Positions 51,738 through 61,460 of a stretch of DNA of 64,000 nucleotides are shown one piece after another. Source of the DNA: Trichosphaerium sp. ATCC 40318 (taxonomy: Eukaryota > Protista > Tubulinea); contig JALMLS010000017.1 of NCBI GenBank assembly GCA_038496445.1, positions 258,560 to 322,559 of the forward strand, read 5' to 3'. The notes below the pieces were generated by a model that was not told the DNA's origin, searched no databases, and saw only the letters and a list, made by a program, of their open reading frames with translations. Both the position numbers and the translations under genes were made by a program. Every line of letters begins with the position of its first letter. Position 1 is the stretch's first letter.

Positions 51738-54700
51738 TGTTTGTTTGGTTTATTTGACTATGTTTTACTTTAGTCGAGCACATTTCGCGTTACATATATA
51801 GTACAACACAGGCCGCGGCCTGGGAAACGTCCTCTTTACTGTTTTGTTATGTGTATTCGTTGATCATATATTCCTCTCCGTTCCTCCTCGCTCGTTCTTT
51901 TACTCGTTTAAGTTTGATCGCATGATTTGCTTTCCTGTTGGTTATATATTTTTTGTATAATTCTATTTGGTGTATCATATGTGCCATCTCTTTTGCTTTT
52001 CTTCGGAGTAGCCTATTGGTGGATTTGTCTTTGTCCAGTTCTCTAACAAATTGTGTGGATAGGCCAAGAAATGTGTAGTTTGTGGCATAGCCAAAGCAAG
52101 AGTGTGTTAGTTGTTTGTTGTATTCTTCGTTGAGTATTGCCAGTGTGTTTTTGTTGTAGAAAGTTGGGTATTTCATTGAGTTATTACACATACTTTCTAC
52201 AATATCGAAGTGGTGTTTAGTGTACTCTCTTTTGTTGAATCCTAGTATGGCTAGTAACCATAATTCTGGTGATATTTTCCTGTTTGGGTTTCTGTATTTA
52301 ACAAATAAGTTGGTGTGATTAAAAATTCGGTCGTGTAATGGCGTATTGTCTTCATCTTGTTCTTTGGTTAGTGGAGTTAGCACACTTTTGAATCCGTTAC
52401 TTTCTAAGTGTCCAGTGATCGGGATTGCTTTCTCTACACCTTCTAAGATGCCTTTTGTGTTTATAAGGTGCTGTACTACTTGACCTATGACTTCACCCGT
52501 TGAGTAGTAAAACGTGTTTTCTGGGTCACAGTAGTTGAAATGCTTTACATCTTCTATTTCTTTCTCGTCATCCTCTTCTAAGTTACATAGTTCGCATTTG
52601 TCATCGTCGTACATTTCTGTCATGTACTTTTCTATGTAGTTGGATGGTGTTCCTATACCTGTAGCTATTCCGTTAAGTTTTTGGTTCAGGTTAAGATTAT
52701 TTGTTTTAAGACGGAAGATAAAGTCTTGTACTCTCCCATATTCAGCTTCATTCCTTTGGAATATTAAGTTAGATGTGTACATGTCTATACGTTCATATTT
52801 TGCTGGTCCTGTGGACTCCGTGATCCATCTTTTATCCCAAAATGTTTGATTTTCATTCTTGCGAACCTTTTGGTAGTTACCGTATGTAACCATACCATTC
52901 TTGCTGACTATAAATGTGTTATGTCCTTTACCTATCTTGTTAAACAGTGGAATGTCTTCCGAGTCTTCATCTCTACCGTGTTTTGCTAGGGAATCTGCAT
53001 TCTTATTACCTTTGACTAATGCTTTGACTACGTCCTCACCATATTTGTTTCTTAACTTGGTGAAGTGTTCTTTCTTGGTTTCGGTGATTGATATTGTTTC
53101 GAAATCATCTGTGTGTGCTGGTATCCACACTATTTTTACATTGACTAATTCCATTGCTTTGTGAATGCGATATAGTATTGCTTTGTAGGATAATTTTTTT
53201 CTGCCATGTACGCTGGTTTTTCTGTACTGTTTGATTAGGCTTTTTGCTCCTACACAATCTGTACCTAGTAAGGCTTTACATCCTCTAGGAATAGATTTGA
53301 GTGCAGTTTCTATAGCGTATAATTCTGCGAAGATAGGTGTAGTATCAAAAGGCACTACACCACTAATTTTATAGTTTTCACTTAGGAAGACTCCATATCC
53401 TGCTCGGCAATCTATTTCTGCATTGCTGTAACAGCTACCGTCCGTGGCTATAATAAGCCAGTTGTTGGTTTTTGTTATCTCATCCATTTGATCTGTAGTC
53501 CATCTGGTGAACTGTTGTGACCAATTGTTTCTCACGTTAGGAGTGTAGATGATGTTTCGTTCGTTGCAGCTATTTATGTCTGCCCACGTGTCTAAAAAGT
53601 TTTCATATATGTTGTATGAGCGGCTGCCACAACCAATAGGTGGTAAACAGCACTCACCAGGTTCTGAGACTACCTGTGAGTTGAATATTTGAGCATTGTT
53701 AAGCCTGTCCTTTTTGATTGTTACCATTAAGGAGTTGTTTTCATAATTTAGGACATCATAAAGTATTGTGTTGCCGTATCGTTCAAGTTGTAGATCCTTG
53801 ATGCATATTAGATTTTTAGCACCCACTTTGTATCCTCCGTATAGTCTGTGTGCTTTTTGCCCTTTAATTGATTTACATAACTTTCTAGTTAGTTTGAGTA
53901 TGTTTTTTTCCATCTCTGATACTCTATCACACGATATGGCAATAGAGGACATGGTGTATGCAGCTTTTGCTAGTACTAATTGATTTATAGCACGAATGGC
54001 TATACGTGTTGGAACTCTAAATTTTGAAACATTGTCTACCATTTTGTACATACTTGCTTCAAGTTTGTCGCAGTGTGTGCTCCAGTCTAGATTCATGTTG
54101 GTCCATATTCCAAGGTCTTTATAGTTGTCCTTGCTATCTATTTTCTTGACTGGTTTGTCTTTCCATATTAGGTCACCTTGATCTATTATTTGTACGTATT
54201 TATTATACGTGAATCCTGATTTGTTGGTGTTAATGTCTATGTTATAAAAGGTTGCAAATGTTTTGACTATATTGAATAGTGCGATCATGTTTGCTTTATT
54301 ATCAGAGCAGAGTTTGATATCATCAGCGTATGCAAGTACTTCAATGGTGTTGTCGCCAATGACATACCCTTTACCTGATCTTTGTAGTTCTTCTAATAGT
54401 GGGTTGATGAAGATAATAAAAAGGGTAGGGCTAAGGATGTCTCCTTGTTTGACCCCTCTATTAATTTCTATTTTGGTGGTTCCTATTGGTGTGATTATTT
54501 CGGCTGTTTGGCTATCGTATATATTGTCTATGAACGATATAAATTTAGGGTCGATGTTGTAATATTTAAGTGTGTTTAATACTGCCCATTTGTCTACACT
54601 ATCATACGCTTTCCTAAAGTCGATATATGTGACAAACAGTGGTCGGCAGTGTTCTAAGGCATTTTCAATTATGCCGTGATATATTTTGTGGTTCATGTGG

Positions 54701-57700
54701 CAGTTACGTGATTGAGTAAAGCCAAATTGTGCTTCGGATATGATGTTGCGGTTAGTAATGTCTTTTTGAAGTCTCCTGGTTAGGATGGTTGATAAGATTT
54801 TGTAACTGGTGTTGAGTAACGATATAGGACGGTAGTTACTCACATCACGTTTGTCTCCATTTTTGGGTAATAGAATGATATAGGCTTCTTTCCATGCTTG
54901 GGGTATCTGTTTATTTAATATGCAGAAGTTACACATATTGATGATTTCTGTACGTTGTGGTAGGTTTGCTGTGTCTGCTAGTCTTTTGTATATTTCAGGG
55001 CCTACACCTGATGGTCCAGGCGTTTTAAAGTTGTCCATATTTTTAAGAACTTTATCCAGTTCTTTATGTGTAATTGGTTCCATTATGTTAGCACCTTTGG
55101 TATATTTATTGGTTTTGAACGTGCTAGGTATAAGTTCCTTCTTGGATGGCGTAGCTGTGTATATTTTTGACCAGAACTCGCCTACTAGTTGTACCATTTT
55201 TACTTTGTCATATGTTATTACCTCATTGTCATCAATCACGTGTTTGATGCAGTCTGTGAAGTGGTATGTAGTTTCATTGATTTTACGTATTTGGTTGTAA
55301 AATCGTTTTAGGTAGACCCGTTCCAGCTCTAACATGTTAGTGAGCTGCTTGGCTCTAGTTTCGACATCCATGTCATTGTATATTTCTTTTTTCTTTTTAC
55401 CTAATAGGTTGATATAACGTTTGACTTCCCATTCAAGTTTGTCACGGTTGAAACCTTGGTTAACTCCATTATGAGGATTGTTATCTGTAAAGATACCTTT
55501 GAAGTTATTGGTTCTATTTTTGGTTATGTTGCTTGTGACTATAGCTTGTTCATTACATTCTGCATCAGGCACATTATCGTCTATTAACATTCCCTTTAGT
55601 ATTAATGCTGTTTGTTTACTTTTATTTATTTTCTTTATCTTATTAGAGTTCACGTATCTCCCTGCTCCTCTTTCATTTGGGTCTTTTGTAACATCAGTGA
55701 ATTTGGCTACATGATCAAATAGGAGTTTGGTATATTTTCTCCAGGCATAGTCAACGTTGAACCATTTGTTTCTGATCTCTCTAGGATCATCATATATCAT
55801 TGGTTCAGTTGTTTCTTCTACTTGTGGTAGTAGGTCCGTTACACTACCACGTTCGTATTTAAATGTATGTATACAGTCTGTACTTAGTTTCTCAATTTTA
55901 CATTCTTTTGTTTTAAGACGTTTAATGTAAGGGATTTTATTAGTCTTAACGGCATGCTCTTGTACTGACATGTTCGTTTTGACTATGATGGGTCTGTGGT
56001 CTGTATCAATATTATGTTTTGTTATAATCTCGCTTTCTGTTATCACGTTAGATAATTTAGAATTGCTAAGGCAATAATCTATCCGTGATTTAGCTTTGAA
56101 CGGTGAGTTCCAGTCTTCGCTTGGGCACCACGTATATATGGTTCCTTCATTTTGATTACACCATTCATCATTTAGGTTTAGTCTTTCCATGAAGTTGGTC
56201 ATTGTAGAAGTATTAGTTTTCGTATTATCAGATGTTCTATATTTGTCAATCTTTCTGTGTATCATATTGAAATCTCCGATGATACCAAGTTTGGTATTGC
56301 TTGTGATGTTACTGTTGTCTATGTGATTGGCTAAATTACTCATAAATGAACGTTGTTCTGCGTGTTTGTTGGGTCCGTAAACTCCAATTAGCACCATTTT
56401 AGGTTCGTCTGGAAATTCTATTACACATTTTATGGCTTGGTTTTGTACTTCCGTAATGGGGTTTGTAGTGACATATCTACTTATTTCTTTACGTATAAAT
56501 ACCCCAATTCCTCTTCTAGCATATATAGATTTATTGTTTAGTTGATTACAGCGTCTTATTGCTTCTTCTTCACTGACACTTAGGTTTTTCATTATTTCGT
56601 TCATTTTTCTTTTGTTTTTGAAGGCTATAAGTTCTTCATCTGAATATCCGTACAGGTACAGATCGTATTCTTTTATGTTTTTATTATAGATTTTCATGGT
56701 TGACTGTCTACTTTTTTCTCTTAGTCCAGTTTCGGTAATGAAGAGCAAGTGTGGTTTGTATTTGTTAAGGTATGATGATAAATTGTTTATCTTTTTTGTA
56801 ATGCTTTTTTGTATGTTCATAGCCCCAAACTTGAACGTTTTGTGATGTACATCTGTTTCGTTCTGTATATTGGTTGGATTTGTGTTAGTACCTCCTTTGA
56901 TCTTTCTTATCATTATAATAGGTAGCATATTATTATGTGCATAATTGTTGATCGACATTGTGTTGCTAATACGGATAGGTTTATTTAACATTCCACGAAA
57001 ATTAGTTTTTAAGAAGTAGTTATCGGTGTTGTACTGACATGCTTGTGATTGAATAAGCTTTGAGAGGGTTTTAGTGCTTTCTTTAGGATTACATTCCATT
57101 TTGAAAGGCATAACGCCATGACTTTTTATGGTTATTAGAATCGTTGTACACATTTTGTCATAAGGGAGATTTTCATTCCATATGATTGTGGCTTCTGATA
57201 TATAAATAAGGTCGACGATCTTGTTACACGTTTTATTGTAGTAGTATGATGTTACTATAGTAACTCCAATCATGAGTTCAAAGAAGTAAATTAGGTTATT
57301 GACGACAGGATTGGACAATTGTTTATTTGGGTCTATTAATAGTGCGGTATGTGGCGCTATGAACATAAGAAGCAAAGTTATCGTGTTTTGTTTAAAACTT
57401 AACCATTCCGTTTTATTGAACTTTCTTATCCGTCTGACGGTTTTACGTTTAAGTTTACGCTTTATGTGTTTAGGTACGTATATATATTTTGCTTTGTTAG
57501 CAGTTATGAGTATTAATAAGAGGACCCAATATGAGCTTACGCAAATTATTGCTCCATTGTTCCAAGTGAGGTTTAGTGCATACTCGCATGTATACTGGGG
57601 GTTTAGGAGGCGAAGGCGGTTTATTTGAGGGTATTTGGTTTGTGTCGCTAACATGGTTGCTAGAACCAGACACAACATTAGAAACTTGGTGTTAAGTAGA

Positions 57701-60073
57701 TTTGGGCGATTGTTTGTAATTTTACGTATTGTTAATGTAAAAAAGGAAAATTTATTTTTTATTAGGTTCATTACAGCATTTATTAGCAGAAAAGTTACTA
57801 CTACGCGTAGATTTATTTTGCTGGTTCGAAGTAGAAGCTTTCTTTCTCGTTTTCTCTCTGTCCATATATGAATTGGATTTTGTTTCGTTTGGTTCCGTGC
57901 ATCCTTAAAGCATCTTCTCTCGCTAAAGGGTGTGAGCTGTTGGTGTGTTGTTATTTGTGTACCGTCTGGAGTTTTGAAAACTGCGTATACGGCCACTACG
58001 TATTTCTGGGATTGGTTAATTACCGTATTTTTAGTGATACGTTCTACATTGCGTATTTTTAGTCGTTGAAGTGCTCTAGCAAACCTGCTGTTCATGGCAG
58101 TGACGAACATTGTAGAAAGTCCCTCTATTCGTAATGCCATTTTCTTGTTTAGCGTAACTGCGTATTCGCAGCTTTTGTTGTGGTTGTTGAGTGATATGGT
58201 TCCTTGGCTTTCTTTGAAGCGATTACCATTTGGAAACGTGAATTTAACGTTGATTCGTTGCCTGACATCTCTATACGCTGAGCTGTAGATAAGTTCAGAA
58301 AATCTTATTTTGTTTTCTTTTGTTAATTCTTCTACGAATTCGTTACGTTTTAGTGATAGTACCGGGTTGTTATCACATAGTTGAGGCGGTATATTGAATA
58401 CTGTGAGTTGGAATTTATCTTCGCTTAGTATGTCAATAATCATTGGATACGTTGGTGTTATTGTTTTTTCATTTGTGAATGCTCTACATATCATCCATGC
58501 GTCTTCAAGATAATCCGAACATGGAATGAGGTAGCCTTTATGATTGTTTGAGTATATGGCTTCTGCGAATCTGAATGGCAATTCATATTCTGATTCGCCC
58601 TTATTCGCTGTTGCTGTTTGTTCTGCTAGGCGTATTGTTGAGCTCTTATCTGTTTTTACGAATATATATTTTCCTATAGGACTCATAGCAACCTGCTTCG
58701 AGAATTCTTTGTATTTGGTTGGCAGTTTGGAACTTTCGTCATATTTGATGTCTTCGTCTTTGAAAAGGTCATCGAGAATGTAGTATCCGTCTTTGTTTTG
58801 TATTGTTTCCTTTACCACAGGTGCGCGTAAATACGCTGAGAAAGGATTTGTTGTTGGTATTGCCCAAGAATCCAGGCAAGAAATGACTAAACGATTTGCT
58901 AAACGTATACCTTCGTCGTCTAGGTCATGGAAGTGTTGAATTGCAAATTTCGCTTTGCCTATCATTTTTTGAACGTTGAATCGTTGTAGGAGAGCAAGTG
59001 TGGTTGCTTTCTTTTCGAGAAATTTGTAGTTGTCGTTTACTTCATCATCGTCATTTGTCGTTTTACGTTTATCCAGGAAGAACTCAATGAATTGTTGGGT
59101 TTCGATGTTCCATTGTTGTAAGTTGCGTTCGATTATGAAAATCCTCGGAACGTTTGTAAGTATCACATTTGTGTTTATGTATGGTGGTGGTTTGAGTACA
59201 CCAGGGTTAGGCGATATATTGGTACCCAATGTTATTCTAGCAAGTTCTTGAACATCTTTGTACACTTCTTTCGCTTCAGAGAGTGATAGCGCGTTGTAGT
59301 TTTGTAATACCATGGCGTCTTTTATGGATTTGTTAATTGTGTGTGTGAGTAGTCTGAGTGCTCTTATAATAAGCGTCACTGGCGCTATTTGTGAAGGAAA
59401 CTTGTTACGTAAGTAATCTTTTTCCGATTCTTGTATTTCTTCTTTCGTGAAAGAGTCAGTTATTCTGTTCATACTTATTGGCCAGAAGTCTTTTTTTGCT
59501 TTCTTTTGTTGTCGATCGTTATCTGGAGTTTCATCTGATTTTTTACGCTTGGTACCGTTCTTTGGCTTTGCTGGAGAGGGAGAAGGAGAAGAGGAAGGTA
59601 TTGGGGTGCCTGACATGTTTGGGTGTTTTATAAAAATGAAATAGGAGGACGTAATTCGAAGACGACATATTTTCGAATTTGGCGGTATTATTTTAAATAT
59701 ATGAGGAGTTTGTTTAAATACGTTGGCGTTGCAATTACCAACGATTAGTTTATTTAATTTGTGTTTAACCGACACGCGGTATTTGTTTGGGCGAAGTGAA
59801 CGTATGGTTGGTGTTGCAGCTCGTTCCTGCTGCGTATTTACATTTGTTTGTGCAACTGTTGTAACCGATATAGTTTTACTAAAACCACAATTATATCGGC
59901 TATTGTGGGTTGTAATGCCATAATTACCAATGGGAGATATTAATTTTCTTGATGGACGCTTTAATTCGCTTGGTGGTACACAGGCCAACCCGTATACCAA
60001 CCCCAAGCACACTATTAGGTGAATGATCCCGCAAGTATTAGAAGCTGTCACCATCGTAAAACATTTTTTCTCC
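51738..60073 (-). mobile_element. Intact non-LTR retrotransposon (APE-RT-RNase H; L1-like RT), about 8.3 kb
   Basis: Flanked by the 16-bp direct repeat TTCGGTTTTAAATGTT (51722-51737 and 60074-60089). Short (CAAA)n 3' tail. One uninterrupted intronless ORF. Confidence 0.93.
51847..60054 (-). CDS. Retrotransposon polyprotein: ORF1-like region, hydrophobic segments, ubiquitin-like domain (GG), APE endonuclease, reverse transcriptase, RNase H, CCHC finger
   Basis: APE: GAMNI, ITETG, VYGPN, IGDFN, RIDY, TDH. RT: KTPGPSG, YRPISLL, IDFRKAYDSV, GVKQGDILSP, YADD (54319-54330). RNase H: TDGS, AELYAI, TDC, WIPAH, GNKNADSLAK. C-terminal CELC...H...C. First in-frame ATG inside the element is 60054; an alternative is 59616. 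Confidence 0.92.
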   Translation of the reverse strand: MVTASNTCGIIHLIVCLGLVYGLACVPPSELKRPSRKLISPIGNYGITTHNSRYNCGFSKTISVTTVAQTNVNTQQERAATPTIRSLRPNKYRVSVKHKLNKLIVGNCNANVFKQTPHIFKIIPPNSKICRLRITSSYFIFIKHPNMSGTPIPSSSPSPSPAKPKNGTKRKKSDETPDNDRQQKKAKKDFWPISMNRITDSFTKEEIQESEKDYLRNKFPSQIAPVTLIIRALRLLTHTINKSIKDAMVLQNYNALSLSEAKEVYKDVQELARITLGTNISPNPGVLKPPPYINTNVILTNVPRIFIIERNLQQWNIETQQFIEFFLDKRKTTNDDDEVNDNYKFLEKKATTLALLQRFNVQKMIGKAKFAIQHFHDLDDEGIRLANRLVISCLDSWAIPTTNPFSAYLRAPVVKETIQNKDGYYILDDLFKDEDIKYDESSKLPTKYKEFSKQVAMSPIGKYIFVKTDKSSTIRLAEQTATANKGESEYELPFRFAEAIYSNNHKGYLIPCSDYLEDAWMICRAFTNEKTITPTYPMIIDILSEDKFQLTVFNIPPQLCDNNPVLSLKRNEFVEELTKENKIRFSELIYSSAYRDVRQRINVKFTFPNGNRFKESQGTISLNNHNKSCEYAVTLNKKMALRIEGLSTMFVTAMNSRFARALQRLKIRNVERITKNTVINQSQKYVVAVYAVFKTPDGTQITTHQQLTPFSERRCFKDARNQTKQNPIHIWTERKRERKLLLRTSKINLRVVVTFLLINAVMNLIKNKFSFFTLTIRKITNNRPNLLNTKFLMLCLVLATMLATQTKYPQINRLRLLNPQYTCEYALNLTWNNGAIICVSSYWVLLLILITANKAKYIYVPKHIKRKLKRKTVRRIRKFNKTEWLSFKQNTITLLLMFIAPHTALLIDPNKQLSNPVVNNLIYFFELMIGVTIVTSYYYNKTCNKIVDLIYISEATIIWNENLPYDKMCTTILITIKSHGVMPFKMECNPKESTKTLSKLIQSQACQYNTDNYFLKTNFRGMLNKPIRISNTMSINNYAHNNMLPIIMIRKIKGGTNTNPTNIQNETDVHHKTFKFGAMNIQKSITKKINNLSSYLNKYKPHLLFITETGLREKSRQSTMKIYNKNIKEYDLYLYGYSDEELIAFKNKRKMNEIMKNLSVSEEEAIRRCNQLNNKSIYARRGIGVFIRKEISRYVTTNPITEVQNQAIKCVIEFPDEPKMVLIGVYGPNKHAEQRSFMSNLANHIDNSNITSNTKLGIIGDFNMIHRKIDKYRTSDNTKTNTSTMTNFMERLNLNDEWCNQNEGTIYTWCPSEDWNSPFKAKSRIDYCLSNSKLSNVITESEIITKHNIDTDHRPIIVKTNMSVQEHAVKTNKIPYIKRLKTKECKIEKLSTDCIHTFKYERGSVTDLLPQVEETTEPMIYDDPREIRNKWFNVDYAWRKYTKLLFDHVAKFTDVTKDPNERGAGRYVNSNKIKKINKSKQTALILKGMLIDDNVPDAECNEQAIVTSNITKNRTNNFKGIFTDNNPHNGVNQGFNRDKLEWEVKRYINLLGKKKKEIYNDMDVETRAKQLTNMLELERVYLKRFYNQIRKINETTYHFTDCIKHVIDDNEVITYDKVKMVQLVGEFWSKIYTATPSKKELIPSTFKTNKYTKGANIMEPITHKELDKVLKNMDNFKTPGPSGVGPEIYKRLADTANLPQRTEIINMCNFCILNKQIPQAWKEAYIILLPKNGDKRDVSNYRPISLLNTSYKILSTILTRRLQKDITNRNIISEAQFGFTQSRNCHMNHKIYHGIIENALEHCRPLFVTYIDFRKAYDSVDKWAVLNTLKYYNIDPKFISFIDNIYDSQTAEIITPIGTTKIEINRGVKQGDILSPTLFIIFINPLLEELQRSGKGYVIGDNTIEVLAYADDIKLCSDNKANMIALFNIVKTFATFYNIDINTNKSGFTYNKYVQIIDQGDLIWKDKPVKKIDSKDNYKDLGIWTNMNLDWSTHCDKLEASMYKMVDNVSKFRVPTRIAIRAINQLVLAKAAYTMSSIAISCDRVSEMEKNILKLTRKLCKSIKGQKAHRLYGGYKVGAKNLICIKDLQLERYGNTILYDVLNYENNSLMVTIKKDRLNNAQIFNSQVVSEPGECCLPPIGCGSRSYNIYENFLDTWADINSCNERNIIYTPNVRNNWSQQFTRWTTDQMDEITKTNNWLIIATDGSCYSNAEIDCRAGYGVFLSENYKISGVVPFDTTPIFAELYAIETALKSIPRGCKALLGTDCVGAKSLIKQYRKTSVHGRKKLSYKAILYRIHKAMELVNVKIVWIPAHTDDFETISITETKKEHFTKLRNKYGEDVVKALVKGNKNADSLAKHGRDEDSEDIPLFNKIGKGHNTFIVSKNGMVTYGNYQKVRKNENQTFWDKRWITESTGPAKYERIDMYTSNLIFQRNEAEYGRVQDFIFRLKTNNLNLNQKLNGIATGIGTPSNYIEKYMTEMYDDDKCELCNLEEDDEKEIEDVKHFNYCDPENTFYYSTGEVIGQVVQHLINTKGILEGVEKAIPITGHLESNGFKSVLTPLTKEQDEDNTPLHDRIFNHTNLFVKYRNPNRKISPELWLLAILGFNKREYTKHHFDIVESMCNNSMKYPTFYNKNTLAILNEEYNKQLTHSCFGYATNYTFLGLSTQFVRELDKDKSTNRLLRRKAKEMAHMIHQIELYKKYITNRKANHAIKLKRVKERARRNGEEYMINEYT

Positions 60074-60089
60074 TTCGGTTTTAAATGTT
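60074..60089 (+). repeat. Target-site duplication, right copy
   Basis: TTCGGTTTTAAATGTT, identical to 51722-51737. Confidence 0.9.
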
Positions 60090-60149
60090 CAAATAATGGA
60101 AAGTCAAACCAGTTACATTTCTCCACAAAGTATCACCTAACAAATAACC

Positions 60150-61152
60150 ATGGCAATGTTAATGCGCTCTTCGCTTGCAAGAACTGCTCAGGCAACTAGC
60201 ACCAAAAAACGGTCATTCTGTACCTCAGCTCGCCCACAGGTACAACGAAAAGTTTTTTGATACAAATTAATGAGCATTTAGCAAGTAGCAACCCTCCCAG
60301 ACCTTCCTTACGACTACGGTGCACTAGAGCCAGTCGTTATTGGTGATATCATGGAACTACATCACAAGAAACACCACAACGCTTACGTACGGTTACAGTG
60401 TGTTTTATGATCGAACTAATTTCTCCAAGGTAACAAATTACAACGCCTCAATGGACCAGTTAGACTCAGCCAAGTCACAAGTTCGTTCTCTTACTAGTCT
60501 CATTAATACTAATAACTGCTAGGGTAAAATCGACAAAATGATTGCCCTTCAACCTGCTCTCAAATTTAACGGTATGGTTAATATATACTCAAACACACTC
60601 ATCCTCACTCAGGCGGTGGACACATTAACCACTCAATCTTCTGGACCAATCTCTGCCCTCCTAAAGATTTCGCCGTACGCATTCTTAATACCACTTCACG
60701 ACCTCACAATACGCATAGCCACCAAGTGACGCCATGATCAAGGAATTGGAAACGACATTTGGCACTTTCGATAACTTCAAGGCAACCATGTCAGCTAAAA
60801 CTGCCGCTGTACAAGGCTCTGGTGCGTATAATTTTCACGCGTTATAAACTAAAATATTAAAGGATGGGGTTGGTTGGGTTACGACAAAACAGCTAACAAG
60901 CTCGCCATTGCCACATGCGCTAACCAAGACCCACTTGAACCTACCACTGGCTTGGTTCCTTTGCTTGGTTTTGATGTTTGGGAGGTACAAAAAAAATTGT
61001 AACGGCTAATACCGTACAACCACTCACTAAATTTGTAGCACGCGTACTATTTGCAATACAAGAATGTAAGACCAGACTACGTAAAAGAGTTGTGGAAGAT
61101 TGTAAACTGGAAGAATGTTGAAGAGAGACTTCATAACGCTAGACAAAACTGA
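60150..61152 (+). CDS. SOD2: Mitochondrial Mn superoxide dismutase (spliced)
   Basis: Transit-peptide-like N-terminus, [45 protein letters not shown] and [13 protein letters not shown]. Confidence 0.95.
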
Positions 61153-61460
61153 ATGCCCGCTTTATACTAGTATTTGCAAGAGTGTACCTGACTCGGAACT
61201 ACGAGAAAATGACAAAGAGATATTTAGAGTTTACGTACAAGTTTGTAATACAACAGTTGCACGTCTTTTTTGCGAAATAAGAACGCACTAGCGACAGTTT
61301 CTATTTGTTTCTAAATACAGCGCTTATAGTAACTTGCAGCGACAAGTTGACTGCAGTATTTGTTACACCGCTAGCTTTGCATGTTTGCCTAACCAAAATT
61401 GGGCCAAATGAAATCTTTTCAAATTTCCTTCATTATAATCTTAATTCAAAAAGCAGAGCC

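Noticed and set aside
52640-59923. Many short + strand ORFs over the retrotransposon, and antisense ORFs such as 7660..8397
   Set aside because: Shadows of the real coding frames; no recognisable motifs.
60074-60126. ORF-track start (GTG at 60126) of the 2759-aa ORF
   Set aside because: It lies outside the TSD in host DNA; the true start must be at or inside 60054.
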